A stretch of DNA of 64,000 nt from an uncultured Candidatus Saccharibacteria bacterium (GTDB lineage Bacteria; Patescibacteriota; Dojkabacteria; SC72). Where the stretch lies: positions 97,200 through 161,199 of the forward strand of contig CAZULJ010000001.1 in the NCBI GenBank assembly GCA_964621195.1. The letters run 5' to 3'. Positions 27,853-38,145 of the stretch are shown here, one piece after another (within the stretch, counting starts at the first letter, position 1; each line of letters opens with the position of its first letter). A program made the translations under genes and the position numbers. The notes under the pieces are model-generated. The model was not told the DNA's origin. It saw only the letters and a program-made list of their open reading frames with translations, and did not search any database.

Positions 27853-29100
27853 TTACTCTTTTTTACCTTTAAACATCCTTCTCATAAAGGCTGGCTTGTC
27901 CAAAGGATCATCAAAGTCATCATCAAAGTCATCATCTAAGTCAATATCCATTCTCCTTTGGGCTCCCTTTTGAGCTTCTTCCTTTTCAGGTTCAATCTCT
28001 TCCTCGACATCGTCAAAGAAGGTATCCTTCTTTTCGAACTTCTCTTCCTCCGCTTTCTTAAACATTGGGGAGTTTACAGAGAAGCCACCTAATCCGACAG
28101 CATCATCAACTTTCTCTTCACCCTTAAGTTGTTTTGTATACACCTGTTTGTTCTCATCAAATCCAGTAGCAACGATAGTTATAACTATTTCATCTCCTAA
28201 TGCAGGATCTATTTGAGCACCAAATTTGATGTTTGCAGAAGGATCTACGGCTTCCTTTATTAGTTCAGAAACCATACTTATCTCAGGGAGAGTTAAATCA
28301 GAACCTACAATGTTATACAAAACTCCCGTAGCACCCTCGATAGACATATCTAGAAGAGGACTTGTTGTAGCTGCCCTAGCAGCGAGTTCCGCTCTGTTTT
28401 CTCCTTTTGCTCTACCAATACCCATTAATGCTGTACCAGAGTTTGACATTACTGATTTTGCATCATTAAAATCTGCATTAATATATCCTGTTTGACTTAT
28501 CAAACTCGAAATACTGTTTACACCTTCAGCAAGAACAGAATCAACCATCTTCATAGCTTCAATGAAGGAGATATTTGGATCAGCAACCTCTAATAGTCTT
28601 TGATTTGGAACAATAATCAATGTATCAACCTTGTCTCTTAATGCAGCAATACCTTCCTCGGCAACTTCCCTTCTCCTGTTACCCTCAAAATCAAAAGGCT
28701 TTGTAACAACAGCTACAGTTAAAGCTCCCATATTCTTAGCAACACCCGCAATTATTGGTGCAGCACCAGTTCCAGTACCACCACCCATACCAGCGGTAAT
28801 AAATACCATATCAGCACCCTCTAAAAGTTCTTGAATCTGATCCAAACTCTCCTCTGCCGCTTGAGCCCCAACCTCGTGATTTCCACCAACACCTAGGCCC
28901 TTAGTAAGATCCTCTCCCAATTGTAATGTGATGGGAGCTTTAGATTGCTTTAAGGCCTGAGCATCAGTATTGAAGGCCATAAATTCAACACCTGCGATAT
29001 CATAATCAGATATCATAGTGTTAATTGCATTACATCCACCACCACCAACGCCAACCACCTTAATTTTTGCTACAGGATCTAAATTTGTTGTAACTAACAT
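27853..29100 (-). CDS. ftsZ: cell division GTPase FtsZ
   Basis: GVGGGGCNAIN, GGGTGTG (tubulin signature), acidic C-terminal tail. Confidence 0.95.
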   Translation of the reverse strand: MLVTTNLDPVAKIKVVGVGGGGCNAINTMISDYDIAGVEFMAFNTDAQALKQSKAPITLQLGEDLTKGLGVGGNHEVGAQAAEESLDQIQELLEGADMVFITAGMGGGTGTGAAPIIAGVAKNMGALTVAVVTKPFDFEGNRRREVAEEGIAALRDKVDTLIIVPNQRLLEVADPNISFIEAMKMVDSVLAEGVNSISSLISQTGYINADFNDAKSVMSNSGTALMGIGRAKGENRAELAARAATTSPLLDMSIEGATGVLYNIVGSDLTLPEISMVSELIKEAVDPSANIKFGAQIDPALGDEIVITIVATGFDENKQVYTKQLKGEEKVDDAVGLGGFSVNSPMFKKAEEEKFEKKDTFFDDVEEEIEPEKEEAQKGAQRRMDIDLDDDFDDDFDDPLDKPAFMRRMFKGKKE

Positions 29101-29136
29101 AACTATCCTAAATACTTTAAATTAAATCTGGACAGT

Positions 29137-30447
29137 TTAGGGCATCAATGACTTAAACCAATTTGTAATCTTAGTTAAAAAGTTCTCACCACTAGATTTA
29201 CCACGAGTAGTATCAATTTCAACATCATCATCAGTTGCATGTTTGATAAGGCCTTGAACACAGGCAAATGCAGGATCAGATATCTCTTCTGTCATACCAC
29301 TTAGTCCTGAAGGATACCCTATTCTTGATGCAACTCCAAATACTCCCTGTGTCAATTTTGTAAGATCTTTTAACAATGCAGAGCCGCCTGAAAGGACTAT
29401 ACCAGCGGGCATAGCTATATCAAAACCAGCCCTTTTAACATTCTCTCTTGCTAACTCAAAAATTTCTTCACATCTTGCCTCTACAATTTTTCTCAACATA
29501 TCCTTTGATACTCTTTTTCCAGGGATATCTAATATTGAGAGATCAACCTCATCTTCCTTTGTTTGCTTAGGTTTCTCCTCTTCTACTTTTCTTAGAAGTG
29601 CAGGAGTAGTATCAAAACCGACCTTCTTAACCCTCCCCTTATTCTCAAAAAGGTCATTCATATGAACCTTAATCTTCTCGGCATCCTCCAATGAAACTTG
29701 TAAACCGATTGCTATATCACTTGTAATATTTACACCACCCAAAGGAATTGTACTACTGTAACTAATAGATCCCTCTTGGAATATTGAAATTGTCGTAGTA
29801 CCAGCACCAATATCTAATAATGTAACACCTAATTCTTTTTCTGTATCAGTTAAAACAGAGAGAGACGAAGCCCAACCTGCAAATACAACATCGTATACAT
29901 TCAAACCCAACTGTTCTACACATTTTTTAAGATTCTGCCAATATGAATTTGGCGCAGTGATAATATGAGTTTCTACCTCCAATCTACCACCAGACATACC
30001 AATTGGATATTTAATACCACCTTGGTTATCCACTACAAATTCCCTTGGAATTATATGGATAGGGTTTAGATTCTCAGGTAAGGAAAGAGTCCTAGCATTT
30101 TCAATTGCACGATATGTATCATCAATTGTAATTTCAGATCCTGCAACTGCAACAACACCTTTGTTGTTAAGACTAGTAACTGCCTCTCCATTGATAGAAA
30201 CATACACATCAGAAACTGTTACTCCAGCCATTCTCTCTGCAGCTGTAACACTTTCAGAGATAGCGGTAGTAGCATCATCGATATTAACTACCACTCCTTT
30301 TTTTATACCTTTACTTGGGTAAGAACAAACACCTATAACCGATGGTGTTTGGTTATCCTCTACAGCTGAAATTACTGTAGTGATTTTAGACGAACCAACA
30401 TCTATTGCTGTTATGATTTTACGTGCCATATAAGTTTCGGCAGTCAA
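29137..30447 (-). CDS. ftsA: cell division protein FtsA
   Basis: Actin-like ATPase motifs (IDVGSSKITTV, LDIGAGTTTIS). Confidence 0.9.
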   Translation of the reverse strand: MTAETYMARKIITAIDVGSSKITTVISAVEDNQTPSVIGVCSYPSKGIKKGVVVNIDDATTAISESVTAAERMAGVTVSDVYVSINGEAVTSLNNKGVVAVAGSEITIDDTYRAIENARTLSLPENLNPIHIIPREFVVDNQGGIKYPIGMSGGRLEVETHIITAPNSYWQNLKKCVEQLGLNVYDVVFAGWASSLSVLTDTEKELGVTLLDIGAGTTTISIFQEGSISYSSTIPLGGVNITSDIAIGLQVSLEDAEKIKVHMNDLFENKGRVKKVGFDTTPALLRKVEEEKPKQTKEDEVDLSILDIPGKRVSKDMLRKIVEARCEEIFELARENVKRAGFDIAMPAGIVLSGGSALLKDLTKLTQGVFGVASRIGYPSGLSGMTEEISDPAFACVQGLIKHATDDDVEIDTTRGKSSGENFLTKITNWFKSLMP

Positions 30448-30570
30448 ATTTTACTTTAAATTAAAGATCTATTTTAAGAATGTATCTCTATATAATATAT
30501 TCAAAAAACATCTACTTAGCAAGAACATTTTCCAATTCTGTCAAAGTAGCGCTGTTATGTCAATAAAGAA

Positions 30571-31347
30571 CTATTCTAATTTCATTACAGGTCTATCAAA
30601 TCTCAAGTCTAAAGACTTAAATTCCATACTCTCGCTATTGATCTTCTGCCCTATTAAATACAATCTACCGAGTTGAATGTCTAAGTCATCGGTAATATCA
30701 AAAACAAATGTATGACCATCATCACTCTCAACAAATGTTGTACCGTTATCAATTGCAATTGAGGAGACAAAAAAACCAAACTTCTTTAATACCCCCCCGA
30801 TTCTCTCTATCTCATTTGAAAAAATCAACCTTCCGTTGTTTTCGAGTATAGCGTCACTACTAATATATATTGGAGAATATACAGAGGAATCCTGCACACA
30901 TGAGCTCTCACAATCATTACAGACCTCCAATATTAACTTGCCCTCTTCTGAGAAAAGAACACACTTCTCAGAATAGTAACCAACATATCGAGGGGTATAC
31001 TCCTTTACATCAATTTTTATTGTAAAGGGGATATTCTTCTCAACATAAACATCACTTACAAACCCACTACTCTTCATAACCAAAGACTCAATCTCTCCAG
31101 GAGAAACAAGAAAGATATTTTCTCCCAAAACGCTATCAAGGGAAAAAAGAATCTCCTCCTCTTTTAAATATGACTCCTTTTTAAGATGTATATCTATATT
31201 CCTAATATCCCAAAGTCCTACAAGATTTGTAAAAAGGAAAAGTAATGGAATTACAAAGAGGAGAATATACCTTCTTATGAAAACAATAAGAGGAAATCTT
31301 AGAACTTTATTAAAAAAGGACATACTCTTCGTAGACATTTCTTGCAT
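30571..31347 (-). CDS. FtsQ/DivIB-like membrane protein
   Basis: Single N-terminal TM plus a POTRA-like region. Position is immediately upstream of ftsA-ftsZ. Confidence 0.5.
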   Translation of the reverse strand: MQEMSTKSMSFFNKVLRFPLIVFIRRYILLFVIPLLFLFTNLVGLWDIRNIDIHLKKESYLKEEEILFSLDSVLGENIFLVSPGEIESLVMKSSGFVSDVYVEKNIPFTIKIDVKEYTPRYVGYYSEKCVLFSEEGKLILEVCNDCESSCVQDSSVYSPIYISSDAILENNGRLIFSNEIERIGGVLKKFGFFVSSIAIDNGTTFVESDDGHTFVFDITDDLDIQLGRLYLIGQKINSESMEFKSLDLRFDRPVMKLE

Positions 31348-31428
31348 AAAAAAAGTTTATCTCACTATCAGCATTTTGGGAAGAAGATTTGAAGATAAAA
31401 AAATATCTGATATTCTTTTAAAAGTAGT

Positions 31429-32043
31429 ATGTTAGACATCTTACTTTCAAAAATTGTAGAAATACTTGTAGGAATGGGGTACAAGGGTATCTTTTTAGCA
31501 TCCCTAGGACTATTCCCCTCAGAGGTTGTAATCGCACTGTTTTCATCAAAACCAGAAGCAAATATATGGTTAATCTCCTTGGTAGCATCTACTGGAGCAG
31601 TAATAGGAAGCACACCAACTTACTTCATAGGATACCTTTTTACAGAAGATACTCTGTATCGATGGCTAAATGGTAAGGGGAAATTCTTAAGAATAGATAC
31701 TGAGAATATAAATAAGAGCCAGCAGATGTTAAGGAAGAACGCCTTCTTCTACATCCTTATAACAAGAGTTATACCTTGGCTTAGAATTGTGACAAGTATT
31801 GGCGCTGGATACGTTAGAGCTGGAGTACTAGTTCATTCATTAGCCACATTTATTGGTATATATGCTTACACTCTTTTAATATCTGTGATAGGAATAGAAG
31901 CTGGAAGTAACTGGGAGTTAATAAAAGAGTATTTGCATATTACAGATAAAAGTACCATGGCATTGGGAATTGCCCTCTTACTCTCCTTCTTCCTTTACAA
32001 AGGCAAAAGAAAAATAATGACGGAAGTGAGGACTAAACTTTAG
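31429..32043 (+). CDS. DedA-family membrane protein
   Basis: GYKGIFLASLGLFPSEVVIA...RVIPWLRIVTSIGAG. Confidence 0.65.
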   Translation: MLDILLSKIVEILVGMGYKGIFLASLGLFPSEVVIALFSSKPEANIWLISLVASTGAVIGSTPTYFIGYLFTEDTLYRWLNGKGKFLRIDTENINKSQQMLRKNAFFYILITRVIPWLRIVTSIGAGYVRAGVLVHSLATFIGIYAYTLLISVIGIEAGSNWELIKEYLHITDKSTMALGIALLLSFFLYKGKRKIMTEVRTKL

Positions 32044-32524
32044 ACCAATCTATAAGATCTATCCAGAATTTGGTCATACTAGAAATATCTTTTTGGCACT
32101 CCTTTATCTCTGATATAGGAATCCAATAAAAACCCTCTAACTCTTGCGAATCATACTTTATCTCCCCACCATCATAGTATGCAATAAAGAATTTTACTAA
32201 CTCTTTTTGGGTATCATATTCAAAGGTCTTAGAACCAATCTCTTTAAATTCTTTAACAGAGATATTCAGTTCTTCCTTCAGACCCCTTACAATCGCTTCT
32301 TCATATGATTCACCACTTAATACATGCTCACCTAAAAAACAGAATTTCCCAGCATCATGTTTCTTTTGGAAAGATCTTTGGGTTAACAAAACAGAATCAT
32401 TATCTTTGTCTACAACAGTGAAATGAACAGTACGATGCATTAAGTTAGGATTACTATGACACTCCTCACGAGTTGCTTGCCCTATCACCTCATCTCTTTG
32501 ATTTACTACATCGAAAATTTCCAT
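32033..32524 (-). CDS. NUDIX hydrolase
   Basis: Nudix box GEHVLSGESYEEAIVRGLKEELNI. Start moved to the internal Met (MEIFDVV), because the longer ORF overlaps tRNA-Gly(GCC). Confidence 0.7.
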   Translation of the reverse strand: MEIFDVVNQRDEVIGQATREECHSNPNLMHRTVHFTVVDKDNDSVLLTQRSFQKKHDAGKFCFLGEHVLSGESYEEAIVRGLKEELNISVKEFKEIGSKTFEYDTQKELVKFFIAYYDGGEIKYDSQELEGFYWIPISEIKECQKDISSMTKFWIDLIDWSKV

Positions 32525-32545
32525 TGTTAGAAGAGTATTTAAAAA

Positions 32546-32621
32546 TGGAGCGAGAGACGGGGTTCGAACCCGCGACCTACACATTGGCAATGTGTCGTTC
32601 TAGCCAACTGAACTACTCTCG
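32546..32621 (-). tRNA. tRNA-Gly (anticodon GCC), CCA encoded
   Basis: Acceptor GCGAGAG/CTCTCGC, anticodon stem ACACA/TGTGT with loop TTGCCAA. Confidence 0.85.
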
Positions 32622-32625
32622 CATG

Positions 32626-32698
32626 GTGCCTAGACTCAGATTTGAACTGAGGACCCTCTGTTCTTCAGACAGATGCTCTACCAACTGAGCTATCTAGG
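32626..32698 (-). tRNA. tRNA-Phe (anticodon GAA)
   Basis: Acceptor GCCTAGA/TCTAGGC, anticodon stem TCTGT/ACAGA with loop CTGAAGA. Confidence 0.85.
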
Positions 32699-32720
32699 CA
32701 TGCATATGTATGATAACAAT

Positions 32721-33836
32721 CTATTTGATATTTTTCAATATAATTGCCTTGATACGCTCTTTAAATACCTCTTCAGAGAATTTCTCAACAGAAGATGATA
32801 TCTCTTTACTATCCCATTTCTTTTTGACAAAAACATCAAAACTTTCTTTAAAAGCTTGTATACTCTGCTCTCTAAAAAACATCCCATTAACACCCTCCTT
32901 GACGGTATCTTTGTATCCACCAAACTCGTATGCTAAGACAGGCTTGCCACAAGACATTGCTTCTACTGGGAATATACCAAAGTCCTCAACACCTGCACAA
33001 AGGAAGCCCTTTGAAAGAAGGAAATAGTTATACTTTTCTTCCTCGGTTACTCTTCCTAAAAATGAGATGTTGGGATATCTCGAATATTTTTTCCTTAAAC
33101 TCTTAAATTCCTCCCCCTCTCCAATAACCTTTAGGTTAAATTTTAACTCTCTTGCGCAACTCAGAAGAAATTCTCCACCCTTGTTTGGCTCAAATGGTGC
33201 ACCAGCAAGAAAAAAATCTTCCGATTTGCTTTCCCTACCCCCTTTATACAATTTAACAGGAGGACTTAGAACAAAATCCACCTTTCTTCTCCAATATTTA
33301 TATATTCTGTCTGCTACAAAATTAGAATTAGATATTAAAATGTCAGCCCTATTGCTAGCAGAAACATCCCATATACGTAAGAAGTTTAAAAAGAAATTTA
33401 CGATCCACCTCTTTAAGAAAAATGTCCTCTTCGAATTAAAATATATATGTGTAAGATCCCATGCATATCTCATTGGTGTATGTATATATGAGATATGTAG
33501 TGAGTTAACACCAGATATTGCACCGTGAGCAACAGAAAAACTACTTGAAAGAACAAGATCATATTTTGATAGATCTAGAGATTCGATAGCCATAGGCCAA
33601 AGGAAATATGTATATCTATATATACTTCTCAGAAAGGGGATTCTGTTTAAGAAAGAGAAATAGATATTCTTAGTGCCAAAGTAAGAACAACACTCCTTAT
33701 AGTTGCCCATAAGGAAGAAGAAATCTGGATTCTTAAAAAGAGATCCTAAACTTCTTGTAACAGAGGAAGCTCCCGCAAAAGAAAAACAGTGATCTGATAC
33801 TATTGCAACTTTAAGATCTTTAATATCTCTATTCAT
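32721..33836 (-). CDS. GT-B glycosyltransferase (GT4-like)
   Basis: C-terminal EGFGIFPVEAMSCGKPVLA resembles the GT4 E-x7-E region. Confidence 0.7.
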   Translation of the reverse strand: MNRDIKDLKVAIVSDHCFSFAGASSVTRSLGSLFKNPDFFFLMGNYKECCSYFGTKNIYFSFLNRIPFLRSIYRYTYFLWPMAIESLDLSKYDLVLSSSFSVAHGAISGVNSLHISYIHTPMRYAWDLTHIYFNSKRTFFLKRWIVNFFLNFLRIWDVSASNRADILISNSNFVADRIYKYWRRKVDFVLSPPVKLYKGGRESKSEDFFLAGAPFEPNKGGEFLLSCARELKFNLKVIGEGEEFKSLRKKYSRYPNISFLGRVTEEEKYNYFLLSKGFLCAGVEDFGIFPVEAMSCGKPVLAYEFGGYKDTVKEGVNGMFFREQSIQAFKESFDVFVKKKWDSKEISSSVEKFSEEVFKERIKAIILKNIK

Positions 33837-34518
33837 AGAATACTAAGGTACCCCTCTTCTTCCTAAAGATAGAAGGCTTACTTCCCCTAACAAATATACC
33901 CACTGCAATTAGAAGCAAACCTGCAACAACACCAATATGGCTAGGCTCTATAGCAGTATTTGGGCTCCTATACCCTGTCAATGAAAATGTTGCTGAGCCA
34001 GGCTTTGAAACAAGGGCATTTTGAGGAGGGCTACCATCTTTCATTATTATAGATTTGAATAATTCGTCTGTTCCAGAGTATTCAAAATCTAAAACAATAT
34101 CATCGTTTTCATCAGTTATAACTTCAAATTCTAATCTAGCTAAAACATCTGGATCACCATCGGTAACATATAGATCTTTCTCTCCACCCGATTGTGTAAA
34201 ACCGGTAAGCATAACCATTCCTCTGCTGTTATCTATTGTACTTTCATCTTCAGGCCATTGGTCAAAAAGAGAGTTATTTCTACTAGCTTTTACAATCTGT
34301 ATCTGTCTTGGATCAAACTTAACTGCAAATCTTGCCTTAGTAATACTTTCAGATACTGAATCTAAAAGTATATCAACGGTAAAACCCTTCGAAGCATCTT
34401 TTACTGCTCCACTCTTTGGGTAGAAAGAAAAGGATGGTGTCTGTGCTAGTGCTTCCAAATGAGAAACAAGAAGAAGGAAAAATATAAGAGTTAGAACACC
34501 TAGATTTTTTTGTATCAT
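33829..34518 (-). CDS. secreted beta-rich protein with signal peptide and C-terminal TM anchor (cohesin-like?)
   Basis: Signal peptide plus C-terminal hydrophobic segment. Overlaps the GT4 gene by 8 nt. Confidence 0.35.
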   Translation of the reverse strand: MIQKNLGVLTLIFFLLLVSHLEALAQTPSFSFYPKSGAVKDASKGFTVDILLDSVSESITKARFAVKFDPRQIQIVKASRNNSLFDQWPEDESTIDNSRGMVMLTGFTQSGGEKDLYVTDGDPDVLARLEFEVITDENDDIVLDFEYSGTDELFKSIIMKDGSPPQNALVSKPGSATFSLTGYRSPNTAIEPSHIGVVAGLLLIAVGIFVRGSKPSIFRKKRGTLVFYE

Positions 34519-34565
34519 AACAGTAAGATATTACCACATGTAATTAATCTAATATATCAAAATAT

Positions 34566-35333
34566 ATGGAGTTATATAAGGTCATAATACTCGCAATAGA
34601 ACAAGGCATCACAGAACTACTACCAGTCTCTAGTAGTGCACACCTTATTATTACTGCAAAACTTCTAGATATAAAAATGGATACCTACCTTCTTGCAGTT
34701 TTACATTTTGGGACAACAATCTCCATTCTAATATTTTTTGCACGAACTCTTTTTCAAGATATTTTAAAGAAGGAATCTATCCAATTTTATTTAAAAATCG
34801 TAGTTTCAACAATACCCGTAGCTATAGTTGGTCTTTTGCTAGAATCTACAATTGAACAATACTTAAGAAGCGATATCTACATTGTCTCTTCCTTAATACT
34901 TTGGGGGATAATAATGATCCTTGTAGAAAGAAAATATAAAGACCACAAAGATGAAGACTTAAGGGAAATATCCTGGAAGCAATCTCTAATAATGGGAATC
35001 TCTCAAATATTTGCACTTATACCTGGGACATCAAGATCAGGGGTTACAACAATCGCAGGTACTCTCTCCGGTGTCAATAAATATTCAGCAATTCAGTACT
35101 CATTCATACTTGGAATACCTGTCTTGTTAGGAACGTCTACATATGAAATCTACAAATACGCACCAACAGAAGGGTTCGATTTTATCCACATATTAGGAAT
35201 TCTCGTGTCTGCGATCTTTGGCTTTATAGCCCTTTATCTATTAAAAGGTATAAGGAAGGCAAAATGGTTAACAATATTTGGTGTATATAGGATATTGATA
35301 GGAATAGTACTTCTCCTAGTATCTATAATCTAG
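34566..35333 (+). CDS. uppP: undecaprenyl-diphosphatase (BacA/UppP)
   Basis: EQGITELLPVSSSAHL...PGTSRSGVTTIAG. Confidence 0.85.
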   Translation: MELYKVIILAIEQGITELLPVSSSAHLIITAKLLDIKMDTYLLAVLHFGTTISILIFFARTLFQDILKKESIQFYLKIVVSTIPVAIVGLLLESTIEQYLRSDIYIVSSLILWGIIMILVERKYKDHKDEDLREISWKQSLIMGISQIFALIPGTSRSGVTTIAGTLSGVNKYSAIQYSFILGIPVLLGTSTYEIYKYAPTEGFDFIHILGILVSAIFGFIALYLLKGIRKAKWLTIFGVYRILIGIVLLLVSII

Positions 35334-35334
35334 A

Positions 35335-36987
35335 TTACAATACAGTCCTTAGATCTACACCTGTCATACTATCTGGTACCTCTAGACCTAAAAGTCCTAT
35401 ACATGTTGGTGCAACATCAGCCAGAAGACCTGTTGCTTTTGCATCAGGACCCGTTCCAATCTTCTGTATTTGATTACCTGGTTTCAGATGTATCTCATCT
35501 TCCTCCGTCAAGATAACCATGGGAACAGGATTGTTTGTATGTGCAATATCAACTTCCTTTGTAACCCTGTTAATCATACTCTCACAATTACCATGGTCAG
35601 CAGTAATTATTGCAGCACCACCCATACTAAGTGTTGCTTTCGCAATTTCCGCAGTCAAAGAGTCAACTATTTCATTACCTTGAACAGTAGCTTTGTAATC
35701 TCCTGTATGACCTAGCATATCGGGGTTCGCGAAGTTTATGAGGATAAACTTCTCCCCACCCTCCTTTATCTTTTTAATATTTGCCAATACCTCATCTCTG
35801 ATAATTTCCGCACTCATTGCAGGTACTAAAGCATAATTATCAATCTTTGGTGATGGTATATTTATTACCCTCTCACCCTTGTGCAAAGCCTCAATACCAC
35901 CATTAAAGAAATATGTTACATGCATATTCTTCTCTGTCTCTGAAACATGAAGCTGATTCATGTTGTTCTCTTCCAAATAGGTAGCCAGAGATTTCTTAAT
36001 CTTTTTAGGAGGGAAGATTACATGAGCAGGAACACCTTCCTCATAACCAGTCATAGTAGCGAAGTACAAATTCTCAGGGAAATCTCTTCTAACGAAATGG
36101 TCAAAATCCTTTAGTACAAAAGCTTTTGTTAATTCTCTCGCACGATCTTCTCTAAAGTTCCAATATATTACAACATCATTTGTTCTAACCGGACCAACAG
36201 GTTTACCAGCAGCATCAACTCTGGTTCTAGGTTTAAAGAATTGATCTGTTTCATTCTCTGCATATGCCTTCTGTATAGCAACGATTGGATCCTGGAAAGT
36301 CTCTTGAGATAGTCCGACCATTGCGTCGTAAGCTGGCTTTATCCTTTCCCACCTGTTATCACGATCCATACCGTAAAAACGGCCCTGCATAGAAGCTATT
36401 CTTCCAACGCCAAGCTCTGCGATCTTTTCATTCAGTTTGTTTAAATACAAAAAACCATCCTTTGGTGGGGTATCTCTACCATCAAGTATTACATGTATGT
36501 ATGGATTAACTCCCATAGCTTTAGCAAGCTCCATAAGGGAAAAGAGATGTTTGATATGACCATGAACACCAGCTGCACTAAGTACTCCTACAAAGTGCAT
36601 ATTAGAACCTCTCTTCTTCACTTCAGACAGTGTTTCCTTTAATACCGGATTGTTATCAAGTTCATGTGTCGAAATAGCATCATTGATTCTAGGAAGAGTT
36701 TGATAAACAACCTGTCCAGCTCCTAAATTAAGATGACCGACCTCTGAGTTACCATCTTCCTCACCTGGAAGACCAACATATGTACCAGAAGCATGTATAA
36801 GGGTAGATCTGCCTTGGGTCCATGCGAGATCTAGAAATGGAGTCTTTGCACCAAGTACTGCATTGCCTTCAGGATCTGGATGAACACCGAAGCCATCTAA
36901 GATAATTAGGGTTACAAATTCCTTCCCCATCTCTACAATATCACTGCTTTGTTTGTTGTTTTCTTTTTTGCTAAATAGTCCAAACAT
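35335..36987 (-). CDS. gpmI: 2,3-bisphosphoglycerate-independent phosphoglycerate mutase, paralog 2
   Basis: Same motif set as 7474..9009 (GNSEVGH, DGRDTPP, ITADHGN), but only modest overall identity. Confidence 0.9.
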   Translation of the reverse strand: MFGLFSKKENNKQSSDIVEMGKEFVTLIILDGFGVHPDPEGNAVLGAKTPFLDLAWTQGRSTLIHASGTYVGLPGEEDGNSEVGHLNLGAGQVVYQTLPRINDAISTHELDNNPVLKETLSEVKKRGSNMHFVGVLSAAGVHGHIKHLFSLMELAKAMGVNPYIHVILDGRDTPPKDGFLYLNKLNEKIAELGVGRIASMQGRFYGMDRDNRWERIKPAYDAMVGLSQETFQDPIVAIQKAYAENETDQFFKPRTRVDAAGKPVGPVRTNDVVIYWNFREDRARELTKAFVLKDFDHFVRRDFPENLYFATMTGYEEGVPAHVIFPPKKIKKSLATYLEENNMNQLHVSETEKNMHVTYFFNGGIEALHKGERVINIPSPKIDNYALVPAMSAEIIRDEVLANIKKIKEGGEKFILINFANPDMLGHTGDYKATVQGNEIVDSLTAEIAKATLSMGGAAIITADHGNCESMINRVTKEVDIAHTNNPVPMVILTEEDEIHLKPGNQIQKIGTGPDAKATGLLADVAPTCIGLLGLEVPDSMTGVDLRTVL

Positions 36988-37030
36988 ATACTAGATGTGT
37001 TAAAGTAAAAAACTAGTATAATATACATAA

Positions 37031-38113
37031 ATGGCAGACATTAGTAAAAAAGATATAACCGAATTGGAGAAGAAATTGCAGGATATAGAGATATCTTTAG
37101 ATATTCCTAAGAAAGAAGAAACTCTCCAATCACTTACAGCAGAAAGCAGTAAAGAAAATTTCTGGAATGATCCACAAAACGCTCAAAATGTACTCACTGA
37201 GCTTGGAGATATAAAAAATGATATTGATACACTGAATGAACTCAAGGATGAAGTAAGTACCCTCCTTTCTCTTCTAGAAGAGCTAACAGATGAGGAAGCG
37301 ACATCCTTAGTAGAAGATTATGAAAAGCTATCTCAGAAAATATCCCAATTTGAGATAAGAAAATTTCTTTCGGGTAAGTATGATAAAAATGATGCAATAT
37401 TTTCCATACATGCAGGACAGGGAGGAACAGAAGCAAATGATTGGGCTGAAATGCTTTTCAGAATGTATACAAAATACTTTGAGAAAATGGATTGGAAATA
37501 TACCGTGACAGATATGACACGAGGAAATGAAACAGGTATTTCAACAGTTACTTTTGATGTAAAGGGTAAATACGCATACGGCCTTCTTAAGAAAGAACAT
37601 GGGACTCACCGACTCATTAGACTATCTCCATTCAATGCGCAAAACCTTAGACAAACATCCTTTGCGGGAGTAGAAGTAATGCCCTCCTTAGAAGATCTGG
37701 ATAAAAACATTTTAATTCCTGATACAGATATCGACTTTAAAGCTGTAAGATCTGGTGGACCAGGTGGGCAGAATGTAAACAAAACCTCTTCTGCAGTACA
37801 AATTACACACATACCAACCGGAATATCAATACACTGCTCAGAAGGAAGAAGTCAATTACAAAATAGGGAGAGAGCTATGCAAATACTTAGAGGAAAGCTT
37901 TGGAAGATACTTGAGGAAAACAGATTAAAAGAGATATCAGAAATAAAGGGAGAGTACAAAGTTGCAGGATGGGGCAATCAAATACGAAACTATATCCTAC
38001 ATCCATACAAATTAGTCAAAGATTTAAGAACAGGCGTAGAAACTAGCAACCCAGAAAGTGTATTAGATGGGAACATCGAGGAGTTTGTTGAAGCACAAGT
38101 CAGAATACAGTAA
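37031..38113 (+). CDS. prfB: peptide chain release factor 2 (single uninterrupted ORF, no +1 frameshift site)
   Basis: SPF tripeptide (RLSPFNAQ) and GGQ (SGGPGGQNVNKT). Confidence 0.9.
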   Translation: MADISKKDITELEKKLQDIEISLDIPKKEETLQSLTAESSKENFWNDPQNAQNVLTELGDIKNDIDTLNELKDEVSTLLSLLEELTDEEATSLVEDYEKLSQKISQFEIRKFLSGKYDKNDAIFSIHAGQGGTEANDWAEMLFRMYTKYFEKMDWKYTVTDMTRGNETGISTVTFDVKGKYAYGLLKKEHGTHRLIRLSPFNAQNLRQTSFAGVEVMPSLEDLDKNILIPDTDIDFKAVRSGGPGGQNVNKTSSAVQITHIPTGISIHCSEGRSQLQNRERAMQILRGKLWKILEENRLKEISEIKGEYKVAGWGNQIRNYILHPYKLVKDLRTGVETSNPESVLDGNIEEFVEAQVRIQ

Positions 38114-38145
38114 TATATTGTCGTATAACCTTACTGCCTATACGA

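Noticed and set aside
31368-31613. 81-aa minus-strand ORF overlapping the start of the DedA gene
   Set aside because: It overlaps a better-supported CDS and promoter region, with no motifs.
32525-32590. N-terminal 22 codons of the NUDIX ORF as listed in the ORF track
   Set aside because: The extension overlaps tRNA-Gly(GCC). The internal Met (MEIFDVV) gives a normal-length Nudix protein, so the start was moved.
37031-38113. Programmed +1 frameshift in prfB
   Set aside because: Looked for the CTT TGA C autoregulatory site. The gene is a single uninterrupted ORF from Met1 through the SPF and GGQ motifs, so there is no frameshift here.
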